63,517 nucleotides of DNA, filler included, from Choristocarpus tenellus KU-1152 (GCA_964200185.2; 14 parts of 14 records of this genome joined end to end with filler, not necessarily neighbours in it); one strand, 5' to 3'. Shown: positions 12,720-25,271, counted from the whole stretch's first letter. Numbers and translations: made by a program. The notes: generated by a model not told the origin, from the letters alone.

Positions 12720-14752
12720 ATGCAAGAATCCTGGGTTGAAGGAGGGCGTAGGGGATGGGGAGAGGGACATTTGTTGGTCATTGTTGGCGAGGTAGTGGGG
12801 GTGGAGGAAATGGGAGCTGTAATGATGCTAGTGTCCTTTAAGCCTCCTCTCTCTCGTATGTACGGATGAATTTTCGAAACTTGAAGCTTTAATTAGTTGT
12901 AGTGTGCTGGGCGGAAGGCTCCAATTTCCTGCAGAGTAGGTCCTTAGAGTAGATCGGGCTAGTGGAGAGCACTCTGAGTGGGTTACTGCTTTAGTTGAAT
13001 GTCAATTATGTTGCGTGGTTGACCATTGTTGATTGATTGTTCTCTCGATTTAAGCAATTGCCTTAAATATTATTGTTTTCATCAGTCTCTTGTGCTTGGG
13101 GTGTATGTACTGTCAAAAAAGTGCGTGAGGTGCGTTTTTCTGACATGAAATAAAAAAAATCAAGGCTTGCATTTATTTTTCATCGCTCCTTGTGTGTTGT
13201 CTTGTTATGCCTTCTGATGTGTGTTTTATTGTGTGTGTGTTTGTGTGTGTGTGTGTGCGCGCTTGACCTGTAGTGTGGGGTTTTGTCTCACTTGACTCTA
13301 CCCTGATTTGATGTACTCATGACTAGCTAGTGGCATCCATTCGATGAAGTTGCCACCAGCTTGCCATTGCCCTCTTCTTGGGCAAGATATTTCGTTTGGT
13401 CAGGTAGTTCCTTTAGTTGCTCAATGAGAACAATTCCTGGGCCCTATCACTTGTGATTTTGCTCCTGACGTTTAAGCTTCATTTGGGTCGGTTTCTCCTT
13501 TTTTTTCGTGGTTTACGTCATACATCTATTTTTGATTCTCATCCATGTCCGTGTTGTGTGCCTCGCCTTTGTTTTGTCTGACAAACGGTCAAGGAGGTTG
13601 TTGGTAGTGTCACTGAAGGACTGGTCTAAGTAGGTCCAACGGCCACTTAGAAGTTAGCAGTCTCTGATTGGTTATGTGTTTGTGTATTAGTGTTTGTCAT
13701 ATTGCTACAGATGATGACTATGCCAGTATGCATGCATTTCCGTGCTTTGTTTGTATGTTGTTCCGCACTGGTATTACCACTCATTGTGTGGAGAAGTGAT
13801 GGGATCCATTGGAGACACTGCTGTAGTCAGTATTAAGTCTTCTGACAGTAGAGTTTTTTGTGTATGTGTGTGTGAGGGGCAGGTGGCCAGAAGGAATAGA
13901 GAGATAGTAGTATGAAACTTTGTTTGAGGTGCATCTTTTGATTCCCATTGTAACCACAGCACCAAAAAAATGACAAAGTATTCAAATGGATCGCAATATT
14001 TTGAGAGAGGTCTGGCACATCCAATCGCGCAACGGCAACATAATGAACTAGCCTTTCGAGGATTACAGAATAACATTCAAGGGTTGACTTGTTCGTGGCT
14101 TGATTGGGATCAGGGTGTTCATGGGTTGATGAGTTCCCTGACAACTTTTTGACCCAATATTAAGTGAACGATATCTTCAATCGTCTATTTTTATTGTTAG
14201 TGGGTGATTAGAAGTGATACGAAAATTGCACTTGGTGAGTAGAAAAATATTTTGAGTCTTCCTTAACCATAATTTCAAATGTGTACGGTATTTTGTCTTA
14301 GAAAATAGAGACAGCGGTGGAAGTAGTTGTAGGACTAAAAGAAAATATATATTTAGGGCAGAGAGTCAGTTGTTGGTTCACGTTTTTCTGGATGGGAGGA
14401 CATGGTGGTGACATTCATGTTCCGACCAGACTAATTGTGAGCTGCAGAAAAAAACAAAAGAAAAATGTTGATTAGCAGAGACGGAGGGGTGAGGAGAGGC
14501 TGGAGAGTGAAAAAATACGTAGGGGGGATCTGGGCAAAAAAAGGTTTACTCCAATGAGCAAGGTCCTGGTTGATATTATGTACAATATATCATGTGTATG
14601 TGATATTCGGAGTCCTTGATTCACCCACTGCGAAGTGTCAGTGTATGTGGCTTAGGCAGCGGGATATGCACAACTAGGAGAAGAAAACCAAAAGTACATA
14701 GGTAGGAGACGACACATTTCTATGCCGAGCTGAGAACTTGAAAAAAAAATGT

Positions 14753-14931
14753 GGTTCAAAATATCTGGGGGGGATGGCATCTGTTCATCTGGGGCCAATT
14801 TTTTCATGTTGCGATTTTTGGGTGATTTGGTTGCATACGTCGGATGGATAATGTAAGTGCACTTTTCCTGGTTTCGGCCCAGGTGGACACCCTGGTGTAG
14901 AGCCCCTCCCCCCCCCCAGATACTTTGGGTC
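14753..14931 (+). mobile_element. MITE family A, full length 179 bp
   Basis: Colinear with 720-898; flanks TGT / TGG. Confidence 0.92.
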
Positions 14932-15423
14932 TGGTGTTCTTCTGGAGGGACAATTGTAAACAAGCGCAGAGTTGCCTCACTCACTAGATGGGCACCTTCT
15001 CCTGTACCAAGCAGTCCGTTATAACCACAGACCACATTACGTACGTACTTCGACGTGTGTACTATGTTATCCGTATACACACAGGCTTGTATGGATAATG
15101 TCGATGGACAGGTAGGCAAGTCTTGACCCTTTTGCATTTCAAGCCATCTTTCTAATCCTGTGCAATACACTCAATTTTATAGCTTTATGTATACAATAGT
15201 GTACCTAAAGAAGATATTCCCCCTTATCAAGCTCTTGTCTACAAGGAAAGGAAAGAACAGGTGGTTTTCCCGCACACAAGGTAACGCCACAATGCAGAAA
15301 TTACTTTTTCTGCATTTGTACAAAATGGAGTCTTTTCGCCCTTTCTCCTGATCCTTGAAATGCAACCCTGCCTACCTTTTCGTTGGTTCTACTTTGTACT
15401 ATTATTAATGTTATTAGTAAAGT

Positions 15424-15497
15424 GAGCCAAAGTAAACGAGAGGTACCCAGGTATTGACTATATTTTGTATTAAGCTATTCTTTTCAATCTTTCACAA

Positions 15498-15540
<43 letters not shown>

Positions 15541-15718
15541 CCGTAATTGAAGTCCAAAGTTTGGCATGGGAACATTGATTTCTCTCTATTGTTTGAAAAG
15601 CTTCGATAGAATTCAGAAAATAGGTAAAAAGTTTTTCTCACAAGAAAAGACAATTTCTGGACATAATTGTCAGCATACTTAAAATGCAAATCTGGGTACG
15701 TCTTGTTTACTTTGACTC
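15424..15718 (+). mobile_element. MITE family C, full length 295 bp, with an internal (TA)n at ~15501-15537
   Basis: TIRs GAGCCAAAGTAAACGAGAGGTACCCAG / CTGGGTACGTCTTGTTTACTTTGACTC; flanks AGT / ACT. Confidence 0.88.
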
Positions 15719-16478
15719 ACTGTATGTACAACATAAGTACACATTATTTACTTCGAAGATCAGTAAAAACATATTACTGTGTCTGTGAGAGCCACATTCC
15801 ACAGAAGGTATACCCTGAAGGTTTCCTATCTTGAATATCATGTAGAAGGTATACCCTGAAGGTGACCTATCTTNNNNNNNNNNNNNNNNNNNNNNNNNNN
15901 NNNNNNNNNNNNNNNNNTTAATTAATTAANNNNNNNNNNNNNNNNNNNNNNNNNNNNNNNNNNNNNNNNNNNNAGTTGGGGTGGGGGGGGGGGGCAGGCA
16001 GGCAGTTGGGTGTGGAAGTTTGTGGTGTGTTTGCAATTTTTTTTAACGTTGTGTACAGTGCAGAATTTTTGTTGCTTTTGCATGTGTGTGCGCGCCTCTG
16101 CTTGGTTCACCGGTTGGAGTTGAGGGCACTAAAGGTGTAGATGTGTAGAAAACTCTTGTGTAGAGGTAGTGTTCCTCCTTACGAGCATGAAACATATACT
16201 GGTTTGTGGTGTGTGTGTTGTGACTATTAGGGGCAAGGGTTGTGTTATTTACACTTTTGACTTAAGAGGTTGCTGATGATCTGTGGGTCAGGTGCAAGGG
16301 TTGTATGAAGTATGTTGAGATCCGTGTGCCCCAGGTTCATGTGCGAGCAGGGGATGTCCCCATCCCCCCGAGTTCCTTTCTTCTTGCTGCTTTCAATGTA
16401 TCCGCTCTTGTTTTGCTGTGGTGATGCTTATTGGGTGAAAGTCTTCCTTCTTTGATATGAATCTTGCTCTATCTGCAG

Positions 16479-17415
16479 GTGACCCAGAGAGCCGCATGGC
16501 TCAGCGTTCGCTGTCCTTCAGTCTATTGGACTCCCAGATGTTCAAGGAGTTTGACGGGGAGTGGCGTATACAGTTCAACAGCCGCAAGGTGACAGGCATT
16601 TTTTCTTGCTATATGATCCCTGTTTTGTTTTCACCAGCAATTTGTTGTAGGCGGGATTGATGGCCTTTGATAGATATGATATCGTTTTTTCCCTTTGAGG
16701 TTAGCTACTAAGAAGCACTGTGTATCTGTTGCAGCGAGGACATGAACTCCTCTTTGCCTTAGTGTTCGGGTGATTATTAATAAATTGCAAATGGTCTTGT
16801 CAGTTGTAGATAGTATGCTCCTAACGTGTTCCATGGACTGGCAAGTAAGACTTGCAGGGCAAACCTAACCTCGCAACCACCTTATCCAACGAGAAACCTC
16901 CCTCCGCTGTCCCTCCTGTTGAATGTTGGCATGCATGCTTTCTCACTTGTACGGTTTCAGCCTGGTGTTGTTGGCACCGAACCTTCATACACTACAAAGC
17001 TTTTTTACATGGTTCACATCCGACCTAGGGGCCCAGTACCGGTGCTAGCCTTGGAGTGGCAAATCTCTAGCGAGGTGCCCAACAATCTCAGGGGACTTAA
17101 GGCAGCTGCCGAAGGGGTCACACCGGAGTACTCTGATGTGAGAGATGAAGAGATGGACGGAGACGACTTTTCTCTTTGCACCTTTCCCGCCCCTCCCTCG
17201 ACAAACCACATCCCCTTTTGTGTATTGACCCCTCCTCCCCTCCGTCTTCCTTCTCATGCTGCAAATCCCAGATGCGGCGGAAAGAGCGATTGATTCAAGC
17301 TGAGGTTCTGAAGTCTGGGTGGAAACGTATGCGTGAAGAGGGGAGCAGAGCGGGAGGAGAACTCATGCAGGATTGGGAAGTGGATGAGACTCTTGAAATG
17401 TATATTGAAAGATGA
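16479..17415 (+). CDS. SRPBCC/START (polyketide cyclase / Coq10-like) protein, 3' exons 16479-16588, 16961-17137 and 17272-17415
   Basis: LSFSLLDSQMFKEFDGEWRI, TKLFYMVHIRPRGPVPVLALEWQISSEVPNNLRGLKAAAE; in-frame GT-AG junctions. Confidence 0.82.
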
Positions 17416-19518
17416 TGTGGAGGAGGGGGGGGGGATCCAGGATTGATGAGCCCAACAGGGTGTGTGGTGTGAGAAGGGGGGGTGATGACGGAACAAACCA
17501 GGCTGGTAGATTGGACTGTGAACGGGACCCTTTGATTTACCTGCCAACCATGCATGTGCTATGTGCGGTGGATGGCCTCAAGACACTATGCATTCCCATC
17601 AGGAGTTCACCGTTTGGTTTTTAGAAAAGGTGCATCTGTGGTGGTCCAGGATGTGTGACCTTTGTTTGTTGTGTTACAGATATTTTTGATGTGGAAAGCA
17701 CGCATGTACATGCTAGGAGATTACAATGTCAGCAAGGAGGGGGAGTGAGCAGAGAGTTGCACTTTATGAAAAATAATTTCAAATATGAGGAAAGAGTGTG
17801 ATGATGTAACCAGATTTCTTTCTGCAAGGTTCACTGGTTAGAGACAAGAATCATGTGCCTTCAGTACTTGTGCAAATACCAAGAACGAAGTGCAAATATT
17901 GCTAGTTTGTTGTGTGCATGTTTTCTGAAGTTTTCGGGAAGAGTATGGAATGTTAGTACTGCTTACTGTTACAATTCAGTGTAGAGATGAAATGCCCGCA
18001 CGTATGGTCGAAGAGTAAAGGGCAGTGGTAGAATGGAATGTGGAGAAGGAGAGGTGACTTCTCCTGAGGCTTTGTTTTATTGAAGAGGTCAGTAGGTAGA
18101 TGGTCTGCGTGCAGGCTCAATATGATGAAGGCAAATAGATCGTACGGTAGATCGGTAGGAGTGATTTGCACAGGATTCACAGGAGTATGTGCATGCATAG
18201 AATGAGGGTGTGTGGAGAGCAACACTAATCAGTGGAGCAAGGAGTAGTGTATTGATACCTACAAGCTTCCCATTTGACAGTACAATCGTAACATTGATAT
18301 TGAAGAACCTAGGAACAGTAGTTGGCACCATACTTCCCATCACCCCCCCTTCTAACAAGAACTTGTAGAACTTTGCTCCTACAGTACTGTAATGTACCTT
18401 GAAGCTTGACCACCTGTACAAGTGCGTCTGGGATAGTCCAGCAATCCACTAGTACGATTTTAGGGTTATTAATTGTTTGCATTTTCTGGCAGCTGACTGT
18501 GCTGGGACAACAGCTTTATCTCAATTTATTATGGAGAATTGACTTCTTAAAAGGGTTTTGTTCACAAAACATGGCTTCTTTTCCCCACATAGAGCTGACT
18601 ATATTGTTCATTGTGAAGCAGATTGAAGCTTTTGTTCATCGTGAAAGGATCACTTCTTCGGCGAGGGAGAGAGCAGTGTTTCTGTTTTTGCACGCGCTTT
18701 CTACATGCGCAACTAACATGACTGAAAGAATTATAGGTCGTCATGGTAGAGATTTTACACCTTGCTTGGTACTGTTACGGGAGTGTTTGAAAAACCACAG
18801 CATGCTTGCTCTACTCAACAAACTGTACGATTGGTCTACCACCGGAGAAGGGTGCAAAACAGAGGCAGCACAGTTGTGTAAAGTTTTAGTAGTATGAGAA
18901 GTAGGAGGGTGGAATGTAGTACGTTTGAATAGGGGTCGAGGTAGTTTCCACACTAAACTAGGTCAGAAATATCTCAGACATGGTAATAATTATTTGCAAA
19001 GTTTTGAACTAAGGATTATTTAGAGGAAACAAATTTACAAACTTCGTTTGTTGTAGAGATTAAAGAATACTTTTACGAGTGCGAGTAGGAAGTATAATGT
19101 ATGATTATTTTGAATTCATAATAAATATACTAGAGACAGCCATTTCCAGAAAACACCAAGTACATACTTCTTTCTAGTTTTGTAATCGTAATGGTTCGAG
19201 CGCCTAATTCATATATACTGCAGGTAAAATTTGGATTTTTAGGTAAATCAACTGAAATAAAACCAACAAGTGAAAAGGGTTGGGAAATCTTGTTTTTTTG
19301 AGAACGAAGCAATTTGCCTAACAATCAAATTCAATTTAGAAGATTGAAGTATGTGTAACGGACAGGTCCCTTTGGGAGCTGATCTCAGTCTAAATACACA
19401 TCCGCGCGCACATACAAATGCATTGCGCGCACATTTCTGTGTCATTGGCGACGTTAAAAAAACCATACTACAGACAAAACGTTTAAAAATGACACGTTCT
19501 TGTGGTTGTGTTTAGTAT

Positions 19519-19560
19519 ATATCACCTCTGTGCCATAAGTTTGTGCCACGAAGCATCTGG
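19519..19560 (+). mobile_element. Stowaway/mariner-type TIR related to 21956
   Basis: TCACCTCTGTGCCATAAGTTTGTGCCACG vs CTACCTCCGTGCCATAAGTCTGCGCCACG. Confidence 0.6.
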
Positions 19561-19751
19561 GTTTGTTGAGGGAGAACGGTTTTAAATCGGACGAAAACCC
19601 CACAGAGAAATCGGGTTGACAATCTCAGCTTTCAGGAAAAGGTGGGGGTCAAGGATCATCAGGTACAAACTCGAGGTGCTTCAAGCCGTCAAAGTAGGGG
19701 GCTTTTGGGGTGATTTTAAGACCATTCACACTTGTTTTATTTTTATATCTT

Positions 19752-19838
19752 TTTTATCAGGAGGACAACTGTTTTGAGTAAAGCTGTTATTTCAGTGATG
19801 GTCTATGGCCAACTCCATCCCCGTGTTTGTCCACGGTT
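19752..19838 (+). repeat. Unclassified dispersed repeat, second copy at 37331-37412
   Basis: CAGGAGGA.AACTGTTTTG...TTTCAGTG.TGGT.TAT.GCCAACTCCATCCCC shared. Confidence 0.7.
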
Positions 19839-20075
19839 ACAGGAACAAATCAATGTATTATTTGTACGACGGAACTGTGCACCTTTCACAGATAGGACGG
19901 AGAATGGTATTTGTAAGTATTTGCACATTTGTCATATATGAGTATGAAATGTACGACAAAGAATTGTTAACGTTTTTTACACACGGTAAGTCGTACTACT
20001 GACGAACATTTGGACATGTTTTTAACACTTAAGCGGTGCAAACAATATTCGAAATCCGAGCACTTACCACCGATA

Positions 20076-20192
20076 CAAGGAAGGCATCCCACAAATCTAA
20101 CAAGGCCACTCCTTGGCCATCTTCCTGGTGTCTCCAACTTAACAAGGAATGTATCTTTCACATTTGCGATAACTGTTACTTTTATAGGGGTC
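20076..20192. mobile_element. Rearranged 3' fragments of the CRE-like LINE
   Basis: 20076-20142 matches 47292-47336 directly; 20150-20192 is the reverse complement of 47130-47175. Confidence 0.7.
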
Positions 20193-20413
20193 TAAGGAAC
20201 AATATACCAGTTCATGTTTTCAACTTTAAAAGTTGAGGTACCCCAACATTTCACACTACAAACATCACATCACCCAGTTCCTCAACTTTTAGAATTGGGG
20301 ATGATATTGTTTGTATTATAGAACAGCAGAACCAAGTACAGACCGTACGTGATTATAGTAGTAGTAATATAGGATTTGTACACATTTTTTTTTCTACAAA
20401 ATTTTAACAATAA

Positions 20414-20765
20414 CAGGGGATTCGCAAAATTGAGGATGGCGCGGGACTATGAGGATGGTTGTTTTTCGCAAACANNNNNNNNNNNNNNNNNNNNNNNNNN
20501 NNNNNNNNNNNNNNNNNNTTAATTAATTAANNNNNNNNNNNNNNNNNNNNNNNNNNNNNNNNNNNNNNNNNNNNGCTTTTAATTGAGGATGGACTTGACC
20601 CAAAATTGACTGGGAGAAAGTGCCGATATGTTTTTTTTTGTATTAAACATTACAAAAAAAAAATAGGAGCTTTTAATTGAGGATGGACTTGACCCAAAAT
20701 TGACTGGGAGAAAGTGCCAATATATTTTTTTTTGTAAGTCCATCCTCAATTTTTGAAATCCCCTG
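20414..20765. mobile_element. hAT-like MITE termini on two different contigs (left end 20414-20474; right part 20575-20765)
   Basis: CAGGGGATTCGCAAAATTGAGGATGG / CCATCCTCAATTTTTGAAATCCCCTG; CAGGG start is typical of hAT; ~92-bp internal duplication. Confidence 0.65.
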
Positions 20766-21955
20766 TTCTCCATCGCTCAATCCACTGGGGAATGTTCTGA
20801 GAAGGGTCGAAATAGACGGAAGTTAACACGGGCTAAGGCAGACTGCTCTTTTGTCACGGGGCGCCCACTAACCGTGCTGGAGATGGTTTGAATTTGCCCG
20901 TCACCTTCAGGTGGCGTTTCATTTTTTTCCATTTTTCTTTTTGATAGTCAATTTCATTTTGCGCAATCTGATTTTCGTTGTGGATTTTTTTTTTGCCGTT
21001 AGACAAGATATCGTAATGTATTTCATTTTGGGCAACCACTCTGGTGGTAGCAGTAAGATTTTCGTTCCATTCGCAAACATACAACTGACAATTCAACCCT
21101 GACTCAGCCGATGATGAAACGCTGCGAGTCAAAATAAGCTCTTGATGGCTTGGGACAAATAAGTGCTCAGATGGGATTGGTGGACGATTCTCCTTGTTGA
21201 TTTTATTGGTTGTGTGCGTGTGACCCTTAGCCAGTGACCGAATGGTGCTACTCCTTTTTGCATGTAATATTACATCTTCATCCACAGTTCAAAGGAAGAG
21301 TGTATCGAGAAAAAGTTGATGACTGATTATTGGCTGGGTGCAGTTTCTGGGTGCGTGAATATTTCCCAAGAAAAGCTACTTCGCTACAACACGCGACACT
21401 ACGTGCACCCTGTACAGTTGATGTGATTCTCCAGAACAGAACACGATGGTGAGTAGCACGTATGTGAACTACAAACAAATGAGTTGAAATCCACTACTAT
21501 TTGCTCAGTTTTTTCTCCATCGATTCTTATTTCTCAATAAATGTTTTCCATCTCACATTTCTCATCCAACTTCACTTAGTTGGTACAGAACAGAAAGTAG
21601 TAGCATAACCCACAGTAGGAGTAGTAGAAGTAGTTGCAGTAGTGTGACAAAATAAAATATATTTTTATTATGCCTGCTGAAAAAAAAAATGATACTATAA
21701 TAACGAGAAACTGTGTACAAAACACCATACATTATTATGCCCTCTAACATTTTACACATACATGTGTCGGGGAAATAGTTAAACCAATAATACAAGAACC
21801 CTGGTAAAAGCAACGGCTGTTGTTTACATAAAAGACATCTCTCCAAAGACTATTTCCTATTTGAATACCAGCTACTCTACAACACTCCCATACATAGCTC
21901 CTATACCTATACTATATATTGCAGAATCGTTTTTGCCGTTTATGGTAACATCATA

Positions 21956-23673
21956 CTACCTCCGTGCCATAAGTCTGCGCCACGTTGTCCATAACTTTTG
22001 GAAATGTTGATCAAATTCATTTCTGAAAGAGGATTTGGAATCCTTGACGAATTTCTGGTTAGGGTCAGCTCTTCTTATTATTATTACTCCCCATCCATCA
22101 CAATTTTATTATCCACAGAAAAAGCCTCCACGTCTACCTTCAGTGCGTTTTGAAGCTTACCAGACAACTGCCTCTTCCTTACCCCTGTGTGCTCCATACC
22201 AAAGTCACTCCCCCCTATGTATCTAGGTACTTGATTGTACACCACACAAGGAGCTGCCAAGCCCTCTCAAGTGTGGTTTCATCATACTCCTCATACTCTT
22301 TCTTATTGACCTTCACCATCCTCAACGAACCCAAATCACTCCCCCATCACCCGACATTTCAAGACCTGAAGAAGGACAGGTCCATGATATTGAGGTCGAG
22401 GGAGTTAGATGGCTGTATCACAGGCCTAATCGACTACCCCTCAATCTTCCCTGCCCCTGACAAGATTTCTGTGTTGCCCTTGCCCATGTGGTGGGTGGTA
22501 CCGTCTTGCTGAAAGACAACGTGCTTCCACTGCAACCAAGGCATCTTGGTCTTGATTGCAGGCAGTAACTCCTCCATGTACCATTTCCTGTGCCACAGAA
22601 GGTCTAAAGTACAGTCCCGCTAATACACATCCACCTTTTTATGATCCTTGCTTGTCCTGTCTTCCGTTCTTGGCGCGCACACACGCCAAACACCAAGCTT
22701 TCCATCAAAGGTGCGAGCCGAATCTGGGTAGGCGTTGACTGCAATGATCATGGTTTTGGGGATACGACTCTTGTGCAACACAGTAAGGGACTCTGGAAGG
22801 TCGCTATCATCCTCATGCGGAAATACTCTAACCCTTTCCCCATCAGCCATAACGTAAAACCAGGTTTCATCCACATGGATCGTGTTCGCCATGGAGGCGT
22901 ACACACCACGTTTCCAGTCCACTTGATCGCAAATAAAGTCCATTCTCCATACCTTTTGCCACGATTTAAGCTTGGGTTTGATCCAGCGGCGATTCGGCAT
23001 GGTCATCATATCATCCAACCACCTGTTTATGGTGCTGGTGCTATAATTCAGCCCCTTGAGCCGAAGTATCTTAGAGGGTAGAGCCGTGTCCATTTAGGGG
23101 ACAAAATCCAATGTTGCGATTTTGACGTAATTTTGGCTATTGTTTTTGTTAGGAAGTGTCAACATCCCTGTTCAGAACACACTTTTTCGTTATGTATACG
23201 TTTTACTTACTCCAAAACATTTTGGAGTAGGAAAATGTCATGAAATTACCCCATGGGAAGCCAAGACCCAAATGGACAAAGAGGGCAAAACTCGTACCCT
23301 CTAAGATACTTTCACTCCCTTGTCGACCATCTTCATTGTCACCTGATGCACTGTGGATGACTGCTTATCAGAGTTGATAGTTCGTATTGCGACCATCTTT
23401 GTCGGTATGAGCTCCGAAGGCAGCTCACTACCTTTCGCCACCCCTAGGTCAAGCGTGTGGCCACAGGTGAGCTGATCGGCAACGTCCTCCCAGAGCCCTC
23501 GCAAATAACACTCAGACACTCCAAACTCCGCTGCGAGGGTCGGCCCAACGTGTCGCAGCAGTTTGTGCTCACCAGGGACAATCGCGAGGGTGTGCCGCAC
23601 TGCAGGCGCAGCCCTGGTATTCAGGGATGCTTGGGCACCCTTCCTATGCGGGGGGGTCGACGGGGGGGTTGCC
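21956..23673 (-). mobile_element. Plant-type mariner transposon with a disrupted transposase; one TIR at 21956 after TA
   Basis: IHVDETWFY, KSRIPKTM, FDGKLGVW, FQQDG, QPSNSLDLNIMDLSFF; TA|CTACCTCCGT terminus; stop codon, frameshift and MITE insertion. Confidence 0.92.
23058..23317 (-). mobile_element. MITE family B, 260 bp, TSD CCTT, inside the mariner ORF
   Basis: Removing the element and one CCTT restores the frame MVDKGLNYSTST. Confidence 0.95.
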
Positions 23674-23773
23674 NNNNNNNNNNNNNNNNNNNNNNNNNNN
23701 NNNNNNNNNNNNNNNNNTTAATTAATTAANNNNNNNNNNNNNNNNNNNNNNNNNNNNNNNNNNNNNNNNNNNN

Positions 23774-24170
23774 AGTCACTGCCCACCTCTGATGACCAAC
23801 CAGTGCGAATCTCCTTCGCCACTGATTTCCAGTCACCCTCCACATCCGATGACCAACCAGTGCAACCCCTTCGTCACTGATTTACAGTCACCAACCCCAT
23901 CCAATGGACAACCAATGCGAACTCCTTTTGCCACTGATTTCCAGTCACTGCCCACCTCTGATGACCAACCAGTGCGAATCTCCTTCGCCACTGATTTACA
24001 GTCACCCTCCACATCCGATGACCAACCAGTGCAACCCCTTCGTCACTGATTTACAGTCACCCTCCACATTCAATGACCATCCAGTGCTACCCTTTCGCCA
24101 CTGGTTTCCAGTCACCAAACCCCATCTGATGACCAACCAGTGCGACCCCTTCGCCACTGATTTCCAGTCA
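23774..24170 (+). repeat. Minisatellite, 7 units of 55-57 bp; degenerate inverse copies at ~50240-50445
   Basis: AGTCAC unit starts at 23774, 23831, 23886, 23943, 24000, 24055, 24110 and 24166. Confidence 0.92.
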
Positions 24171-24199
24171 CTACCACACCCTTCAAACCCACTCAACCC

Positions 24200-24756
24200 C
24201 ATACCATTTACCACTCCACCACACCATTCAACACCACTCAACCCCCCCAACACTTTCCCCCACTTTCCATTCCCCCACACCACACAACACCACACCACAA
24301 TCATCCAAGAAAACCTCCCTTCATGATCCACTTCATACCGTGCCTTTGAACTAGAAGACATCTACCCCGCCCGAACTTGACCTCCCCCTCCCTCACCCAG
24401 CAACCCAATCGGTCGCGAGCAAGCGAAAGGGTGGGTGGGTGGGAGAGCTTGTTCAGAGTTTGTCTTGTTCTAGCCCTCCTCGTCCTGTATCACCAGCCTT
24501 AGGTTTTCCTAAGTTAGGTTCTGACCATTCCCTCTTACTTCGGACTTCCACCTTCCACCCATTGCTTTAACTTCTCTCCTACGTCTTGTGAATTTTAGTC
24601 GATAGGTGCTTTACTCTTCGTTCAACCCTTGACTAATTTTTCTTTTCCCTTCCTCACCCTCTTTTCCCTTCCTCACCCCCTCCCTTCCCCATATATCATT
24701 CCTACCAGAATTCTCCTATCTTCAAAACTCAGATTACTTCATCAACCTTCCCACTC
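24200..24756 (+). mobile_element. Conserved body of a minisatellite-bearing dispersed element (inverse copy 50745-51215; partial copy 41600-41680)
   Basis: Shared CTAGAAGACATCTACCCCGCCCGAACTTGACCTCCC, TCGGTCG.GAGCAAGCGA and CAAAACTCAGATTACTTCAT. Confidence 0.8.
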
Positions 24757-25227
24757 AAGGTGTATCGGAAAATTTTCTGCCTTATTGATTTTTCGATATA
24801 TATCGATACGATATGTCGATACAATGGTTAAGAAAGGTGGAGAAGAGAAAAGGTTCCTACAAACGAGAAAAAGGGTGAAACTACTCCTCACATCACCTCA
24901 CATCTTTCGACAAAACAAAACATTCCTTCATGACTTTTGTGGACATGTCCACAAAATGACTCTTCAACTTCAAGTCAGCAGATGGAAACTGGTTTGTTAG
25001 TTGTATACACCTTACATCTGTTTTGTGAAGATGGTTTGTTATGATGTTGAAATTGGCTTTTCATTGGCTTTTCCCCGATCACATCTGGAAAATGTGATCT
25101 TTGTGAGTTTGTCTCAGTTGCACCTTGTCGTTTGCCGATGTTTGACAACAACCACCAATCGAACGTGTTGTGTCGTATCTGTATTGTATTTATATTGACA
25201 TATGTGTGTAATATGTATAAAATATAT

Positions 25228-25271
25228 TATATTATTATGCCCTCTGACATTTTGCAGATGTGTCAGGGGAA
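25228..25271 (-). mobile_element. Solo 3' end of the CRE-like LINE; other copies at 21731-21775, 46120-46162, 46300-46480, 50478-50520 (+ strand) and 59030-59085
   Basis: CCCTGACACATCTGCAAAATGTCAGAGGGCAT(AAT)n, homologous to the end of the long copy at 47055-47100. Confidence 0.82.

Noticed and set aside
17953-18953. Several overlapping ORFs; similar cases at 10948-11792, 13774-14152, 40965-41235 and 52254-52854
   Set aside because: No recognisable motif in any frame; probably decayed TE or intergenic DNA, and they cannot be assigned without a search.
20414-20765. A single hAT insertion spanning the linker, which would imply the two contigs are adjacent
   Set aside because: The 8-bp flanks AACAATAA and TTCTCCAT do not match, so these are probably two separate insertions.
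23774-24170. CRISPR array or hammerhead ribozyme array (CTGATGA...CGAA)
   Set aside because: Units repeat over their whole length with no unique spacers, there are no cas genes, and no stem II or GAAA core can form.
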